The position numbers and the translations under genes were made by a program. A stretch of DNA of 64,000 nucleotides from Longimicrobiales bacterium (lineage in GTDB: Bacteria; Gemmatimonadota; Gemmatimonadetes; Longimicrobiales; Gaopeijiaceae), in assembly GCA_965238005.1 (NCBI GenBank), contig OZ250165.1, positions 2,656,001 through 2,720,000 of the forward strand, in the 5' to 3' direction. The number at the start of each line of letters is the position of its first letter. Position 1 is the stretch's first letter. This document shows positions 1-10,584 of the stretch, piece after piece. Under the pieces are notes generated by a model. That model did no database searches and was not told the DNA's origin. It saw only the letters and a list, made by a program, of their open reading frames with translations.

Positions 1-116
1 CACACTCCGGCCCGCCAGGGGGACCCCACCGATGTCGGCGAGGGCCTTGGAACGACCGAACCGGCGGCTCGCCCCCCCGGCCAGGACCACGCCGAAGATG
101 CGGTCCTTCGGCTCGC

Positions 117-965
117 TCACCCCGCAACGCGCTCCGAACCGGCGTAGACGTTGAACCCCTCTGCCCGCGTGAAGCCCAGGAGGCTCATGTTGAAGGTGCG
201 CGCGAGGTCCACCGCAAGGCTTGAGGGGGCGCCGACCGCTGCCACGACGGGAATGCCCGCCGCCACCGCCTTCTGCATGATCTCGAAGGAGGAGCGACCC
301 GACACCGCGAGGATGGTCCTTCCCAGCGGCAGCTCTCCGGCGAGGAAGGCCTCACCGATGACCTTGTCGACTGCGTTGTGGCGGCCCACGTCTTCCTTGA
401 GGGAAACGAGCTCCCCGGTCTCGTCGAACCGGCCCGCCGCGTGAATGCCCCCGGTACGGTCGAAGAGTCCCTGTCCGGCCCGGAGGATCTCGGGCAGCCC
501 GCTGAGAATCCGTGCGTCCACCCTCAGTCCCTCATCGGGCAAGGGCTCGCAGCCCCTCACCTCCACCGCCTCCAGAGACGCCTTGCCGCACACACCACAG
601 CTCGACGTCATGTAGAAGTTCCTGGAGAGCGCTTCGGGGTCGAAGGGTGTCTCAGGGCGCAGCTTGACCTGGACGATGTTGTACGTCTGGGGTTCGTCCC
701 CCTGGCAGTAGCTGATCTCCGCGATCTGGTCGCGATGCCGTATGATTCCCTCGCCCGACAGGAAGCCGGCGGCCAGCTCGAAGTCGTCCCCGGGGGTGCG
801 CATCGTAACCGAGACGGCAGACGTCTGTCGCGTCCCGTTGCGCGTGTATTCCACGCGGATCTCCAGGGGCTCTTCGACCGTGACCACATCTTTGCGATCG
901 AGGAGGCGGCCATCCACCAGCCGGGAGATGCGAACGTGCGAAAGGCCCTTCCCTGGCGAGATCAC
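117..965 (-). CDS. fdhD: Formate dehydrogenase accessory sulfurtransferase FdhD
   Basis: Motifs EEPLEI, TMRTPG, SSCGVCGK, TGGIHAA, EDVGRHNAVDK, SGRSSFE, APSSLAV. Confidence 0.95.
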   Translation of the reverse strand: MISPGKGLSHVRISRLVDGRLLDRKDVVTVEEPLEIRVEYTRNGTRQTSAVSVTMRTPGDDFELAAGFLSGEGIIRHRDQIAEISYCQGDEPQTYNIVQVKLRPETPFDPEALSRNFYMTSSCGVCGKASLEAVEVRGCEPLPDEGLRVDARILSGLPEILRAGQGLFDRTGGIHAAGRFDETGELVSLKEDVGRHNAVDKVIGEAFLAGELPLGRTILAVSGRSSFEIMQKAVAAGIPVVAAVGAPSSLAVDLARTFNMSLLGFTRAEGFNVYAGSERVAG

Positions 966-1150
966 TTGGTCAGATGCCGGAGGCCTCGCGCGGGCCCACC
1001 GATTCCCGCGATGGCCTGGGCAACCGCCACCATGGCCACACCCCCCGCCGCCTGCGAGGTCGCGCTCTCGTCGGCCTCTACCTCCTCGTAGACCGCCACG
1101 TCGAGCATGGCGGCACCGAGCATCCGGTCCATCATAGTGCGTTCAGGCAT
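962..1150 (-). pseudogene. 5' fragment of a YIP1-like membrane protein
   Basis: MPERTMMDRMLGAAMLDVAVYEEVEADESATSQAA resembles the YIP1-family N-terminus; stops after about 60 aa. Confidence 0.5.
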
Positions 1151-1193
1151 GGTCAGCTCCGTCCCGTGGCATTCCGCTGCCACAGAAGATAGG

Positions 1194-2018
1194 TCAGGAA
1201 CCGCCCAAAGCGGAGGGAACGAACGCCACGATCCGCAGCGGTCCGCCGCTTCCACCGACGATCTTCATGGGCAAGGCGACCACGAACGCCCCCGACTCGG
1301 GGACCGCGCCCAGGTTGGCCACGTTCTCGAAGCCGGGAGTGTTGGACGAATAGAGGATCAGGTGCGTCTCGAAGCCGGTGGACTGGCCATAGTCGATGCT
1401 GGGCGTGTCGATGCCCACCGCTGCGACGTCACGCTGCTCGATGATCCAACGCGCCGCGTCCGGGTGGATCCCGGGAAAGTGGAGCTCGGGGACCGCGTCG
1501 GGGCCCGTGCGCTCGGTGCCCAGGTAACTCAGCCGGTCGGGCCAGCGATCTCCCCAGCCCGTGCGGAAGAGAAGGATGGACCCGTCGGGGATCCGTCCGT
1601 GCTCGGCCTCCCATGCCTCCATATCGCCGGCGGAGATCAGGTAGTCCGGCGTGGCCTGGGCGGACACGTCCACGACGACGGCCGGAGCGATCAGTCGGTC
1701 CAGAGGAATCTCGTCCGCCGTCATGCCACCACGGAAGAAGTGGAAGGGCGCATCCAGATGGGTTCCGCCGTGCTCGGCGGTCGAGACGTTGTAGGCACTG
1801 TAAAAGTAACCGGCGTCGGTCTCGCCATAGGCCACTTCATCCAGTCGAAATCCGTCGGCCGTCGGCCAGTAGATGGTCTCCTCCGAGTAGGCGTAGCTGA
1901 GGTCGACCCAGCGACCACCCGACCCGTCGAAGACGGCGGAAAAGTTCGGCTGCCCGGTGGGTGCCTGACAACCCATGAGCGCCATCAAGGCCCCGACGCA
2001 CACCAGTGATCCACGCAT
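1194..2018 (-). CDS. Cyclase family (kynurenine formamidase-like) lipoprotein
   Basis: EHGGTHLDAP, GIDTPSID, ENVANL, GGSGGPLR motifs; lipobox LMGC; start set at ATG 2018. Confidence 0.9.
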   Translation of the reverse strand: MRGSLVCVGALMALMGCQAPTGQPNFSAVFDGSGGRWVDLSYAYSEETIYWPTADGFRLDEVAYGETDAGYFYSAYNVSTAEHGGTHLDAPFHFFRGGMTADEIPLDRLIAPAVVVDVSAQATPDYLISAGDMEAWEAEHGRIPDGSILLFRTGWGDRWPDRLSYLGTERTGPDAVPELHFPGIHPDAARWIIEQRDVAAVGIDTPSIDYGQSTGFETHLILYSSNTPGFENVANLGAVPESGAFVVALPMKIVGGSGGPLRIVAFVPSALGGS

Positions 2019-2285
2019 GACGATCTCCTCTCTGCTGGGTCGGCCACGGGTCTCTTCACGGAAGCGGTCCTTGTGACGGGGATCGGTGCCCTGGCCCCGT
2101 CGAATCCGGTCTCGATCTCCAGAATCCGCCCGAAGCTTCTGATGGTCCGTCCGACCCCGCAACGCTGGTGGGAGTAGTGGCACTACCACTCGGGGCGGCC
2201 TGGTTGGCGAGCTACGTTCCGGCGAAGCGGACCTCACGGATCGACCCCATCCTCGCTATGAAGGCGGAGTAATACGGCGAGATGG

Positions 2286-2570
2286 TCAGTCTTCCAGCAA
2301 GGGCCTCTTGGCGTCCTTCGCTCCGAGAGCGACTCCGGTCCCAACACCGGCTCCCACCGCGATGGCGGTCCCCACACCCACGAGCGGAAGTACAGCCACC
2401 AACGGAGAAGCGACGATGGTCGCGGCCACCCCAGCGGCCAAAGCGAGTCCCGGCTTCTCCACGATGCTCGTGAAACGCAGACGACGACCGACGAACTTCC
2501 GACTCTTCACGTGTCCGAAGACGCCCGCCGCAGTCGCCAAGCCTAAGCTGATCAGCCCGAACATCATCAA
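2286..2570 (-). CDS. Small hydrophobic Gly/Ala-rich membrane protein
   Basis: 94-aa ORF with two hydrophobic segments. Confidence 0.6.
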   Translation of the reverse strand: MMMFGLISLGLATAAGVFGHVKSRKFVGRRLRFTSIVEKPGLALAAGVAATIVASPLVAVLPLVGVGTAIAVGAGVGTGVALGAKDAKRPLLED

Positions 2571-2805
2571 GTCCTAACCCAAGAGTTCTCTTGGCCGAGA
2601 TCACCGACCCACATCCTTCATACCCCTACGGACCCCCGCGAGGATCCGTTTCGATGGGCCCGAAGGGAGCCAAGTGGGCGGTATCGGATTGACCTGCGCC
2701 CGCTTCGCGGTGCTCGGTCGTCTCGGCGACTCTCACCCTGATCTCCGAGACCCTCCCGGCGCCTCGGCTCGAACCGGACCACACAGGCCGTTTCACACAC
2801 CATGC

Positions 2806-2852
2806 CAAGTGGGCGGTGGCAGATTCGAACTGCCGACCTCCTGGGTGTAAAG
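2806..2852 (-). repeat. tRNA-Val(TAC) 3'-half fragment (att core), copy 1
   Basis: Minus strand TTTACACCCAGGAGGTCGGCAGTTCGAATCTGCCACCGCCCA gives anticodon loop, T arm and acceptor 3' strand; no pairing 5' half; identical 47 bp at 14952-14998. Confidence 0.9.
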
Positions 2853-2984
2853 AATGCTCTGGACCGGTGGCGGCGCAAGCCAGAAACGGCGTAATCCCTT
2901 GTACTACCTCACCGAGTGGGTTCAACAACAACCGAATCCAACCGCTTGGGAGACGAATAATCACCGTTCTTAACCGGTTTCTGA

Positions 2985-3002
2985 GATGCAAACGGGATGC
3001 AA
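2985..3002 (+). repeat. Putative integrase arm-type site GATGCAAACGGGATGCAA (also 14865-14882)
   Basis: Identical 18-mer with internal GATGCAA direct repeat just inside both att cores. Confidence 0.65.
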
Positions 3003-3209
3003 AGGCTAGGAGCAAGCGCGAGGCCCTACTCCACCATCACCAGCTTGACCGTCTCACTACAAAACGGCATCGGCAACTGCCCAGGCTCATCCGTCACCAC
3101 CTCGAACTCCTCATGCTCCCGCATCATGCGCAGGAACCAATCGTAGGCTTCGCGAGCAGAGTGGATGCCATAGGATGGGGAGATTCTGAACGTCACCTGA
3201 GTTGGCTCC

Positions 3210-3563
3210 ATGGAGCCGCCAGGATACTCGCAGGATCTGGACATCCACGTCATCCTCGATAACTACGCCACGCACAAACATCCCAAGGTGCAACAGTGGC
3301 TCCACCGTCATCGGCGAGTCCATTTCCATTTCACGCCCACCTCCGCGTCCTGGCTCAATCTTGTCGAACGGCTCTTCAGCGAACTCACCGAGCGACAACT
3401 GCGGCGCCTCGCCGTCACCAGTGTCGACGAGTTGATCCAAGCCATCACCGACTACATCGAGTGTCGCAACGAAAACCCCAAACCATTCACCTGGACAGCC
3501 ACCGTCCGTCAGATTCTCAAGAAGCTGAACAAAGCCAATGAGACTTTGGCGACACTACACTAG
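3210..3563 (+). mobile_element. IS630-family transposase 3' remnant
   Basis: ILDNYATHK, HFTPTSASWLNLVERLF, NENPKPFTW; 5' part missing. Confidence 0.85.
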
Positions 3564-3761
3564 ATGGAACGCCTACTCCAACTGATCCACGGGATACTCC
3601 CCCGCAGTCTGTGGCAGGTGCTTGGGATCTATCTTTCCTGAATTCGAGTTTTGGCTATCGGGTGCCGATTGGTACTGCTCCCGAGGTGACTCGTTCTCAC
3701 GGTATACGTTGTTTGGCCCATATGATGGGGCACCGCTCCTCTCGCTTTCGGGACACACTCG

Positions 3762-3851
3762 ATGTCCGACGCCACCTCTCGCCTAAACGCCGCCCTAGAA
3801 GGCCGCTACGCCATCGAGCGTGAGCTGGGCGAGGAGATGAAGCAGGAATGA
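3762..3851 (+). pseudogene. Ser/Thr kinase 5' stub A (29 aa)
   Basis: MSDATSRLNAALEGRYAIERELGEEMKQE*; its TGA overlaps the next ATG (ATGA, 3848-3851). Confidence 0.85.
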
Positions 3852-4091
3852 ATCGCCGTATACTGCCGCTCCTTATGGGCTCGCTTCTTCTCCTGCTGGG
3901 CTGGGGGTGTAACGACGACCCTACCGGCCCAACCGATCCGTTCTGTAGCAGCCAGCCAGCCTCGGCCATCGTGACGTTCGAGGACGCCAACTTGGAGGCA
4001 CAGGTTCGGGCTGCACTCTCGGTCGGTGCTCAGGAGGATCTCACCTGCGGCCTGGTATCTGGGGTGGGGGTCCTACGTAACAACATCCTAG

Positions 4092-5692
4092 GAGTCTGCG
4101 CCGCAGAACCCTGCGGCGGCTATCTTTGGTGGTAGCGAAGGCATTGGGAAGGCTTGCGGATCACCGAGGGGGGTGAATGGGAACGACATTTCGACCGTAC
4201 GATCCGGAGCAGATGTTGTTGCTGCCTCCGGATCTTCGGGAGTGGGTGTCGGAGGGTCATTTGGCGCACCATGTGAGCGACCTGGTGGACGCGGTGGAGC
4301 TGAGCGCGTTCTACGGGCGGTACCGGGGGGACGGGCGGCGCAACTCGCCGTACGACCCTCGGATGATGGTCAAGGTGCTGATCTACGCGTATGCGACGGG
4401 CACCTTCTCGTCGCGGAAGATGGCGAGGAAGCTGGAGGAGGATGTCGCGTTTCGGATGCTGGCGGCGGAGAACTTCCCGAAGCACCGGACGCTGTGCGAG
4501 TTCCGCAAGCGCCATCTCGGGGATTTCCGGGCGGTGTTTGTGGAGGTGGTGATGCTCGCGCGGGCCTTGGGGCTGGCGGGGCTTGGCAGGGTGTCGGTGG
4601 ACGGGACGAAGGTTCGGGCGAACGCGAACAAGCGCAAGGCGATGAGCTACGGCCGGATGGTGACCGGGGAGCCTCGGCTGGAGGCGGAGATCCGGGGGCT
4701 GTTGGAGAGGGCCGAGGCGGTGGACGAAGCGGAAGACGAGCGCTACGGCGAGGAAGCATGCGGAGACGAGGTGCCGGAGGAGCTCAAGCGGCGCGAGGAC
4801 CGGCTGGCGGCGATCCGGGAGGCGAAGGCGCGCCTGGAAGCCGAGCAGAGAGCGGCGGACGACGCACGGGGCCGCAAGCCGGGGCAGACGCGCAACCCGA
4901 AGGGCGGCAGGCCCTACAAGCGGGAGTACGGAGAGCCGGACGAGGCGGCGCAGAGCAACTTCACGGACCCTGAGAGCCGGATCATGAAGACGAGTTCGGA
5001 GGGGTTCCAGCAGTGCTACAACGCACAGACGGTCGTGGAGGGGGAGAACCAGCTGGTGGTCGGGGCCGAGGTGACGGACAACGCGAGCGACCAGGGCCAG
5101 CTGGTGCCCATGGTCGACGCGGTGGCGCAAGCGTACGGCGAGATGCCGGCGCAGGTGCTGGCGGACACAGGCTATTGCAACGAGCGGGATCTCGAGGAAC
5201 TGGAAGAGCGAGACATCGACGGGTATGTGGCGCTGGCCCGGGAGGGCAAGGCCGCCCCCACGGTTGACAAGGAGGAATATCCGGCGAAAGTCCGCATGGC
5301 GGAGAAGCTGGCGAGCGAAGATGGCCGCAGACGCTACGCACGGCGAAAGTCGCAGGCCGAGGCGCCCATCGGCTGGATCAAGGAAGTGATGGGCTTTCGA
5401 CGATTCAGCTTCCGGGGCCTCGAGAAGGTCCGGGCCGAGTGGACCCTCGTGTGCCTGGCACTCAATGTGAAGCGGCTGCACACCCTTCAGGCGGCATGAC
5501 TGCACGAGGGTTCACCCGCATCTGCCGGCGCGAGGGCTCTCGTAGCTCTCTTGCCCCCCCAACGCATCCATTCCGCTCTCCCGATCCGTCGCAGACACAA
5601 GTCCTCAACCTCCCAATCACCCGGATCCGCCTCGCCGCGGACGGCTCGATGACCATTCGGCTCAGTCAGCTGTGCTTCTGCGGCGCAGACTC
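4092..5692 (+). mobile_element. Complete IS1182-family element, CTAG target duplication
   Basis: Perfect IR GAGTCTGCGCCGCAGAA at both ends, CTAG at 4088-4091 and 5693-5696. Confidence 0.93.
4177..5499 (+). CDS. IS1182-family transposase
   Basis: YDPRMMVKVLIYAY, VDGTKVRANA, TDPESRIM, YNAQ, LADTGY, GFRRFSFRG. Confidence 0.93.
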   Translation: MGTTFRPYDPEQMLLLPPDLREWVSEGHLAHHVSDLVDAVELSAFYGRYRGDGRRNSPYDPRMMVKVLIYAYATGTFSSRKMARKLEEDVAFRMLAAENFPKHRTLCEFRKRHLGDFRAVFVEVVMLARALGLAGLGRVSVDGTKVRANANKRKAMSYGRMVTGEPRLEAEIRGLLERAEAVDEAEDERYGEEACGDEVPEELKRREDRLAAIREAKARLEAEQRAADDARGRKPGQTRNPKGGRPYKREYGEPDEAAQSNFTDPESRIMKTSSEGFQQCYNAQTVVEGENQLVVGAEVTDNASDQGQLVPMVDAVAQAYGEMPAQVLADTGYCNERDLEELEERDIDGYVALAREGKAAPTVDKEEYPAKVRMAEKLASEDGRRRYARRKSQAEAPIGWIKEVMGFRRFSFRGLEKVRAEWTLVCLALNVKRLHTLQAA

Positions 5693-6344
5693 CTAGCGCC
5701 CGGAATCAGGAGCTTGGCAGGCATCGAGCACCTCACCAGCCTCGTCGAACTCAGCATCGGCTTCAGCTCGATTACGGACATCAGCCCATTGAGCGGACTG
5801 ACAAGCCTAAGGGTCCTCCGCCTCGGTTTCAACTCGATCACGGACATCAGCCCGCTGAGCGGGCTAACGCGCCTGACTGGTCTTTTCCTCCGAGGCAACT
5901 CAATCACCGACATCAGCCCGCTGAGCGGGCTCACGAGCCTGACGGACCTCAGCCTCCGTGACAACTCGATCAGCGACATTAGTGCGCTGAGCGGGCTCAC
6001 GCGTCTGACGACCCTGCGGCTCGACAACAACTCCGACCTCAGCGACATCCAGCCCCTGCTGGACAACACAGGGCTTGGAGCGGGCGACGAGGTCAACCTC
6101 GTTGGCACGGGCGTGAGTTGTACAGACGTGGCTGCCCTGGAAGCCAAGGGAGTGAGCGTGACGTCCGACTGCCGTGACGACGCGCTCGTCACGATGAACC
6201 GAGCCCGCTCGTTACGTATTCGAGTGAGACATTATGAGACCTACGGAAAGACAGGACGGGTCAGGGGTGCGTACGATAGGTGTGTGGTGGGTCAGCGTTG
6301 CGAGGGCTTCGCTCGATTGCCTTACGCCGTCGTTACGGGAGGCT

Positions 6345-6824
6345 ATGATGAGACCAATCGCCATCATATTGATGTGTGCTTTTTGTGCCGCCGAATCCAA
6401 GGCGCAGGTTGCTGTTGAGTTGTCTTACGGCGCTGATCGCAACGTTGAATCTGCGCAGTCAGAACGCGATGGCTGGTTGAACGGAACCGTGGAGTGGATG
6501 TTTCCCTCCGGGCTAGGGGTCGGGATCGGGACGGATCACCAATTCGAGGGCGCCGCGTTAAGCACCAGCGATCATCTCGGCTGGGCCATCTATTTGTCCA
6601 CAAGCTACGAGTATCCTACGCGCATAGTGGCTCCATTTGTTCGGGGCGGGGTCGGGCTTGGTCGGGCGCCCTGCGAGGGCGACGTTTGTAGGAGTGGTGC
6701 GCATTTGCGTGGCTCGGCGGGAGTCAGGATACGCATCGTCGAGGCACTGCGCGTCTCAGGCGAGCTTGGAATCAGTCGGGTGAGCCGACCGTTCGGCGGT
6801 GCTGGCGTATCATTTCGATTCTAG
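6345..6824 (+). CDS. Small outer-membrane beta-barrel-like protein
   Basis: Signal peptide, alternating beta strands, APFVRGGVGLG, C-terminal Phe. Confidence 0.65.
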   Translation: MMRPIAIILMCAFCAAESKAQVAVELSYGADRNVESAQSERDGWLNGTVEWMFPSGLGVGIGTDHQFEGAALSTSDHLGWAIYLSTSYEYPTRIVAPFVRGGVGLGRAPCEGDVCRSGAHLRGSAGVRIRIVEALRVSGELGISRVSRPFGGAGVSFRF

Positions 6825-6847
6825 AGCAACTCGCCCACGACCCTCCC

Positions 6848-7366
6848 ATGAGCCGCCGGGGCGGTACGAGTGGCGGAGGCGATCTCACGCTCGAACTTGC
6901 CGCAGGAACCGAGGTGGCCGCGATTGTGCCGGAAGAGCCCGCCTCGTGGCATATGGCCGGTGTGGTCACAGCCGATCTGACTGCTGCGCGTAATGCCGGT
7001 GCAGAACTGGACTACGTTCAGCTCTACCGGACAAATAGTGACCATCAGAGATTTGAGGAGAAGATTGCCCGAATCAGCAGCCCCGTCCTGATCGTGCAGG
7101 GTGATCGTCCGTCTAGGCTCACCCGTTTCAACGCTGAGGTGCTAATCCCTGAACTCCGGGCCGCAGGTAAGTCCCTGGAGGTGATAACGTATCCGGGCGA
7201 GCCTCATTCCTTTGCCTTCTACAGTATTCCTTCGCGAACACCCCGACCGGCCGTAGCCCTCAAAGCGTTCCAAGACATCGACGCCTTTATCCGGCGATAT
7301 GTCGAGACGCAGCCGGAGCCGATTGCGCCGAGTCTCGTACAACACGTCCCCGTGGGGTCTGAATAG
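6848..7366 (+). pseudogene. C-terminal fragment of an alpha/beta hydrolase (dienelactone hydrolase-like)
   Basis: PVLIVQGD, EVITYPGEPHSF; nucleophile region absent. Confidence 0.55.
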
Positions 7367-7419
7367 TGGCGTTCAGTTGGTTCACGGCGGAGATCGAGCC
7401 CGCAACTCCTTCGTGAGCG

Positions 7420-7822
7420 ATTTAAGCCACGAGGACGCTCCACCGACTCGGGGACGACCGGTCGAAGGCCTGATCGTCCATCACGACCAGGACAGCGTCT
7501 TCACGAGCTACGCATGGACGGCCCAGTTGCTCCTGGCCGACGATGTTCGGATCTCCTACGCCCTTCGCGGGGCGCGCGACAACCCGGAGATCGAGAGCTT
7601 CCACGGGCGCTTCAAAGAAGAGAATCGCTCGCTCTTCCTCGACGCCGAAGATCTCAGCGAACTCCAGGCCGTGGTCGCTCGGCGCATCCGCTATTACAAT
7701 CGTGAGCGAAGACACTCGAGCCTGGGCAACCGTTCTCCGCTGGCTTTCCTCTCCCTCGGCGGAGGGGTGGAGGATTCACAAAGCTAGGGGGTCAACTCTG
7801 TCCAACTTTCGGGGCGCACTTC
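7420..7822 (+). mobile_element. IS3-family 3' remnant (rve core and right IR)
   Basis: HHDQDSVF, DNPEIESFHGRFKEE, YYNRERRHSSLG; IR-like TGTCCAACTTTCGGGGCGCACTTC. Confidence 0.85.
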
Positions 7823-7870
7823 CGAGACGTTAGGGAGCACCAGACTCACGACGACGGGGGAGCTATACCG

Positions 7871-8383
7871 ATGAGACCGACTCGACAAGACTTTTTTCCG
7901 ATCGTTGTTGCGAGCTGTGCCATCGCCTTCCTCGGTGCGTGTCAGACCGCGCCGCCGGAAGACCAGATGGAACCACACCTGACTGGTGGGACGGATGTAG
8001 AGCGTGGTCGGTACTTGGCCATCATCGCCGGCTGTAATGACTGTCATACGGACGGCTATCTCCAAACGGATGGCGATGTCCCGGAGGAGCAGTGGCTCCT
8101 CGGGTCACCAGTCGGATGGCGTGGGCCGTGGGGAACGACGTACCCACCCAATCTCCGTCTTACGGTCCTGACCGAAGATCAATGGGTCGCGCAAGTACAC
8201 ACGCGAACAGCGTTGCCGCCAATGCCGTGGATGAACCTAAACCAACTGGCCGAATCCGATGCGCGTGCGCTGTTCCGGTACATCGTCTCGCTTGGACCCG
8301 GAGGGGAAGTGATGCCTACCGCGCTTCCCCCGGACGTGGAGCCGACCACTCCCTACTTATCGCTGATGCCCGTCGTCCCTTGA
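7871..8383 (+). CDS. Mono-heme cytochrome c lipoprotein
   Basis: Lipobox LGAC, RGRYL, CNDCH, GPWGTTYPPNL, PPMPW. Confidence 0.85.
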   Translation: MRPTRQDFFPIVVASCAIAFLGACQTAPPEDQMEPHLTGGTDVERGRYLAIIAGCNDCHTDGYLQTDGDVPEEQWLLGSPVGWRGPWGTTYPPNLRLTVLTEDQWVAQVHTRTALPPMPWMNLNQLAESDARALFRYIVSLGPGGEVMPTALPPDVEPTTPYLSLMPVVP

Positions 8384-8582
8384 GCGTGGGGCGCTGGCCG
8401 TGCTCGTCGTGTACGCCGGTGCTGCCATCCTTGCGTGGCAGTTGGCGCGCCCTGAATCTCGCGCAGCCGCATAACACTTACCTGGACCCCGAAACAAGGA
8501 CGACACCTGCTGGCTCGTGCCGGCGCCGCGGCACATCTTCCACATGGCCAGAACGCGTCTCTAGCACCAAGGAGGTAGTGCT

Positions 8583-8909
8583 ATGAAGCTCTCATGGAAA
8601 AGGCTGGCAATCGCAGCCGGCATCGGGTGGGGAGGCTCTGTTCTGCTGGTTGGCATCCTCAACCTCATCTGGCCGTCCTATGGAGTCGCGTTTCTCGATC
8701 TTGTGCGGTCGATCTATCCTGGCTACACGGACGCAGGTGGGTTCGGCGGGGTGATCGTAGGCACGCTCTACGCCCTAGTGGACGGCGCGATCGGAGGTGC
8801 GATACTTGCGTGGCTCTACAATGTGGCTCGTCCATCCGGCGTGGACGCGTCCATGGACCCACTTCCGGCGACGCCACCCACGGGTCCCAGGGACTTGGAC
8901 GCGGTGTAG
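8583..8909 (+). CDS. Small membrane protein
   Basis: AAGGAGG RBS, two hydrophobic helices, SIYPGY. Confidence 0.7.
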   Translation: MKLSWKRLAIAAGIGWGGSVLLVGILNLIWPSYGVAFLDLVRSIYPGYTDAGGFGGVIVGTLYALVDGAIGGAILAWLYNVARPSGVDASMDPLPATPPTGPRDLDAV

Positions 8910-9222
8910 CCTATCGAGATAGGGCGGTGAGGCTGGCGAGCGAAGGCAGGGCCTAGGCGACTTCCAGCCTAGGGACATTCTCGAAGCCGCGAGACCGATG
9001 GCTAAGCGTTCCATCCTCCATGTCCGTCAGATCGGCGACTGCTGGGCAGTTCGTCGATGGGACACGGCTGTGGACGCGCTTCGATAATGTGTCCGAGGAG
9101 GAAGCGGTCAGCGGTGCCTTCCAACTTGCTGAGGAATTCGAGCCGAGCGTGGTGATCGTGCACCATGAGCATGGGCCTCCGATGCGTCGGGAATTCGGCT
9201 GATGATGGGCTCTACGTGAGAG

Positions 9223-10584
9223 GTGCCACCGAGTGAAGCGATCTCTGGGCCCTCGCCTGCAATCATGATTCCGGTGGAGACCAGATACGCCGTCAACGCT
9301 GGGTCTTCGATTGCCTACCAGGTGGTCGGGGAGGGCTCACAGGATCTCGTCATGATCCCCGCTTTCGTGTCCAACTTGGAGGTCCAGTGGGAGATTCCCC
9401 CGATACGGCGTTTTCTCGAGCGGCTGGCTTCTTTTTCTCGACTGATCATCATGGACAAGCGGGGAACCGGACTCTCGGACCGAGTCCCGGTGGACCAGTT
9501 GCCCTCCCTTGAGGAGCGAGTCTCTGATGTTGTGGCGGTGATGGATGCGGCCGGCGTAGATCGCGCCACGCTGTTCGGCGTCGCGGAAGGTGGGGCGATG
9601 GGCGTCCTGCTCGCGGCAGACCATCCAAAGCGAGTTAACGGGCTCGTGCTATTCGGCTCCTATGCGAAGAAGGAGCGTGCAGCCGGTCAGCTAGACCAAC
9701 TGTCGGCTTTCGTGAAGCGGATTGAAGAGAACTGGGGGACCGGTAGCGTCTTTGCGGAGCGGAGCCAGAGCGTGGCGGATGACCCGGTTATGAAGAGCCT
9801 CCTTGCCAGATACGAGCGACACGCTGCGAGCCCACAGGCTGCCGCCGCCATTGTGCGCATGGGAGCGACCATCGACGTGACAGCGGCCCTCGGATCCGTA
9901 AACGCGCCCACCCTGGTACTCCACCGCCGCGGCGACCCAAACATCAAGATCTCGGGCGCCCGAGCATTGGCTGACGGTATCGGGGATGCACGCCTGATCG
10001 AGCTACCTGGCGTGGATCACATGCCATTCTTCGGTGACACTGATCAGTTGCTGTGTGAGCTCGAAGAGTTTGTCACCGGCACCAGACCGGAGCCGGAGCC
10101 AGACCGGCTTCTAGCCACCGTCTTGTTTATTGACATAGCAGGTTCCACGGAGATAGTGGGCCAGATCGGTGACCACCGGTGGCGGGACCTGCTAAGCTCA
10201 TTCTTCGCGACAACAAGGTCGAGCCTGAGTCATCACGCTGGTACCGAAGTCGATACAGCGGGCGATGGGTTGTTCGCGACCTTCAGAAGTCCCACGCAGG
10301 CGATACGGTGCGCCTGCGATATTCGGGACTCTGTGGGAGAGCTCGGCATCTCGATCCGTGCTGGGGTTCATGCCGGGGAGGTCGAGCGCCAGGGTCAGAA
10401 GATAGCCGGTCTAGCGGTTCATATCGGTGCGCGTGTTGCCGCTGCGGCCACCGCCGGTGAAGTTTGGGTCTCCCGGACCGTCCGTGATCTCGTGACCGGC
10501 TCAAGCATCGCGCTTGGGGATCGAGGACTTCACCAGCTCAAAGGGGTGTCGGAGTCCTGGCGACTATACGTTGTAGAGGACTAG
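9223..10584 (+). CDS. Alpha/beta hydrolase-fold plus class III adenylate/guanylate cyclase (LipJ-like architecture)
   Basis: DKRGTGLSDR, GVDH; cyclase motifs LFIDIAGST, GDG, RAGVHAGE, LKGV. Confidence 0.9.
   Translation: MPPSEAISGPSPAIMIPVETRYAVNAGSSIAYQVVGEGSQDLVMIPAFVSNLEVQWEIPPIRRFLERLASFSRLIIMDKRGTGLSDRVPVDQLPSLEERVSDVVAVMDAAGVDRATLFGVAEGGAMGVLLAADHPKRVNGLVLFGSYAKKERAAGQLDQLSAFVKRIEENWGTGSVFAERSQSVADDPVMKSLLARYERHAASPQAAAAIVRMGATIDVTAALGSVNAPTLVLHRRGDPNIKISGARALADGIGDARLIELPGVDHMPFFGDTDQLLCELEEFVTGTRPEPEPDRLLATVLFIDIAGSTEIVGQIGDHRWRDLLSSFFATTRSSLSHHAGTEVDTAGDGLFATFRSPTQAIRCACDIRDSVGELGISIRAGVHAGEVERQGQKIAGLAVHIGARVAAAATAGEVWVSRTVRDLVTGSSIALGDRGLHQLKGVSESWRLYVVED

Larger units (their letters stand above)
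3848..6180 (+). pseudogene. Internalin-like LRR lipoprotein interrupted by an IS
   Basis: Lipobox WGC; 22-aa repeats ITDISPLSGLTSLxxLxL; removing the IS and one CTAG rejoins NNIL-APGIRSL in frame. Recognisable part ends near 6170; the frame runs on to 6418. Confidence 0.85.
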
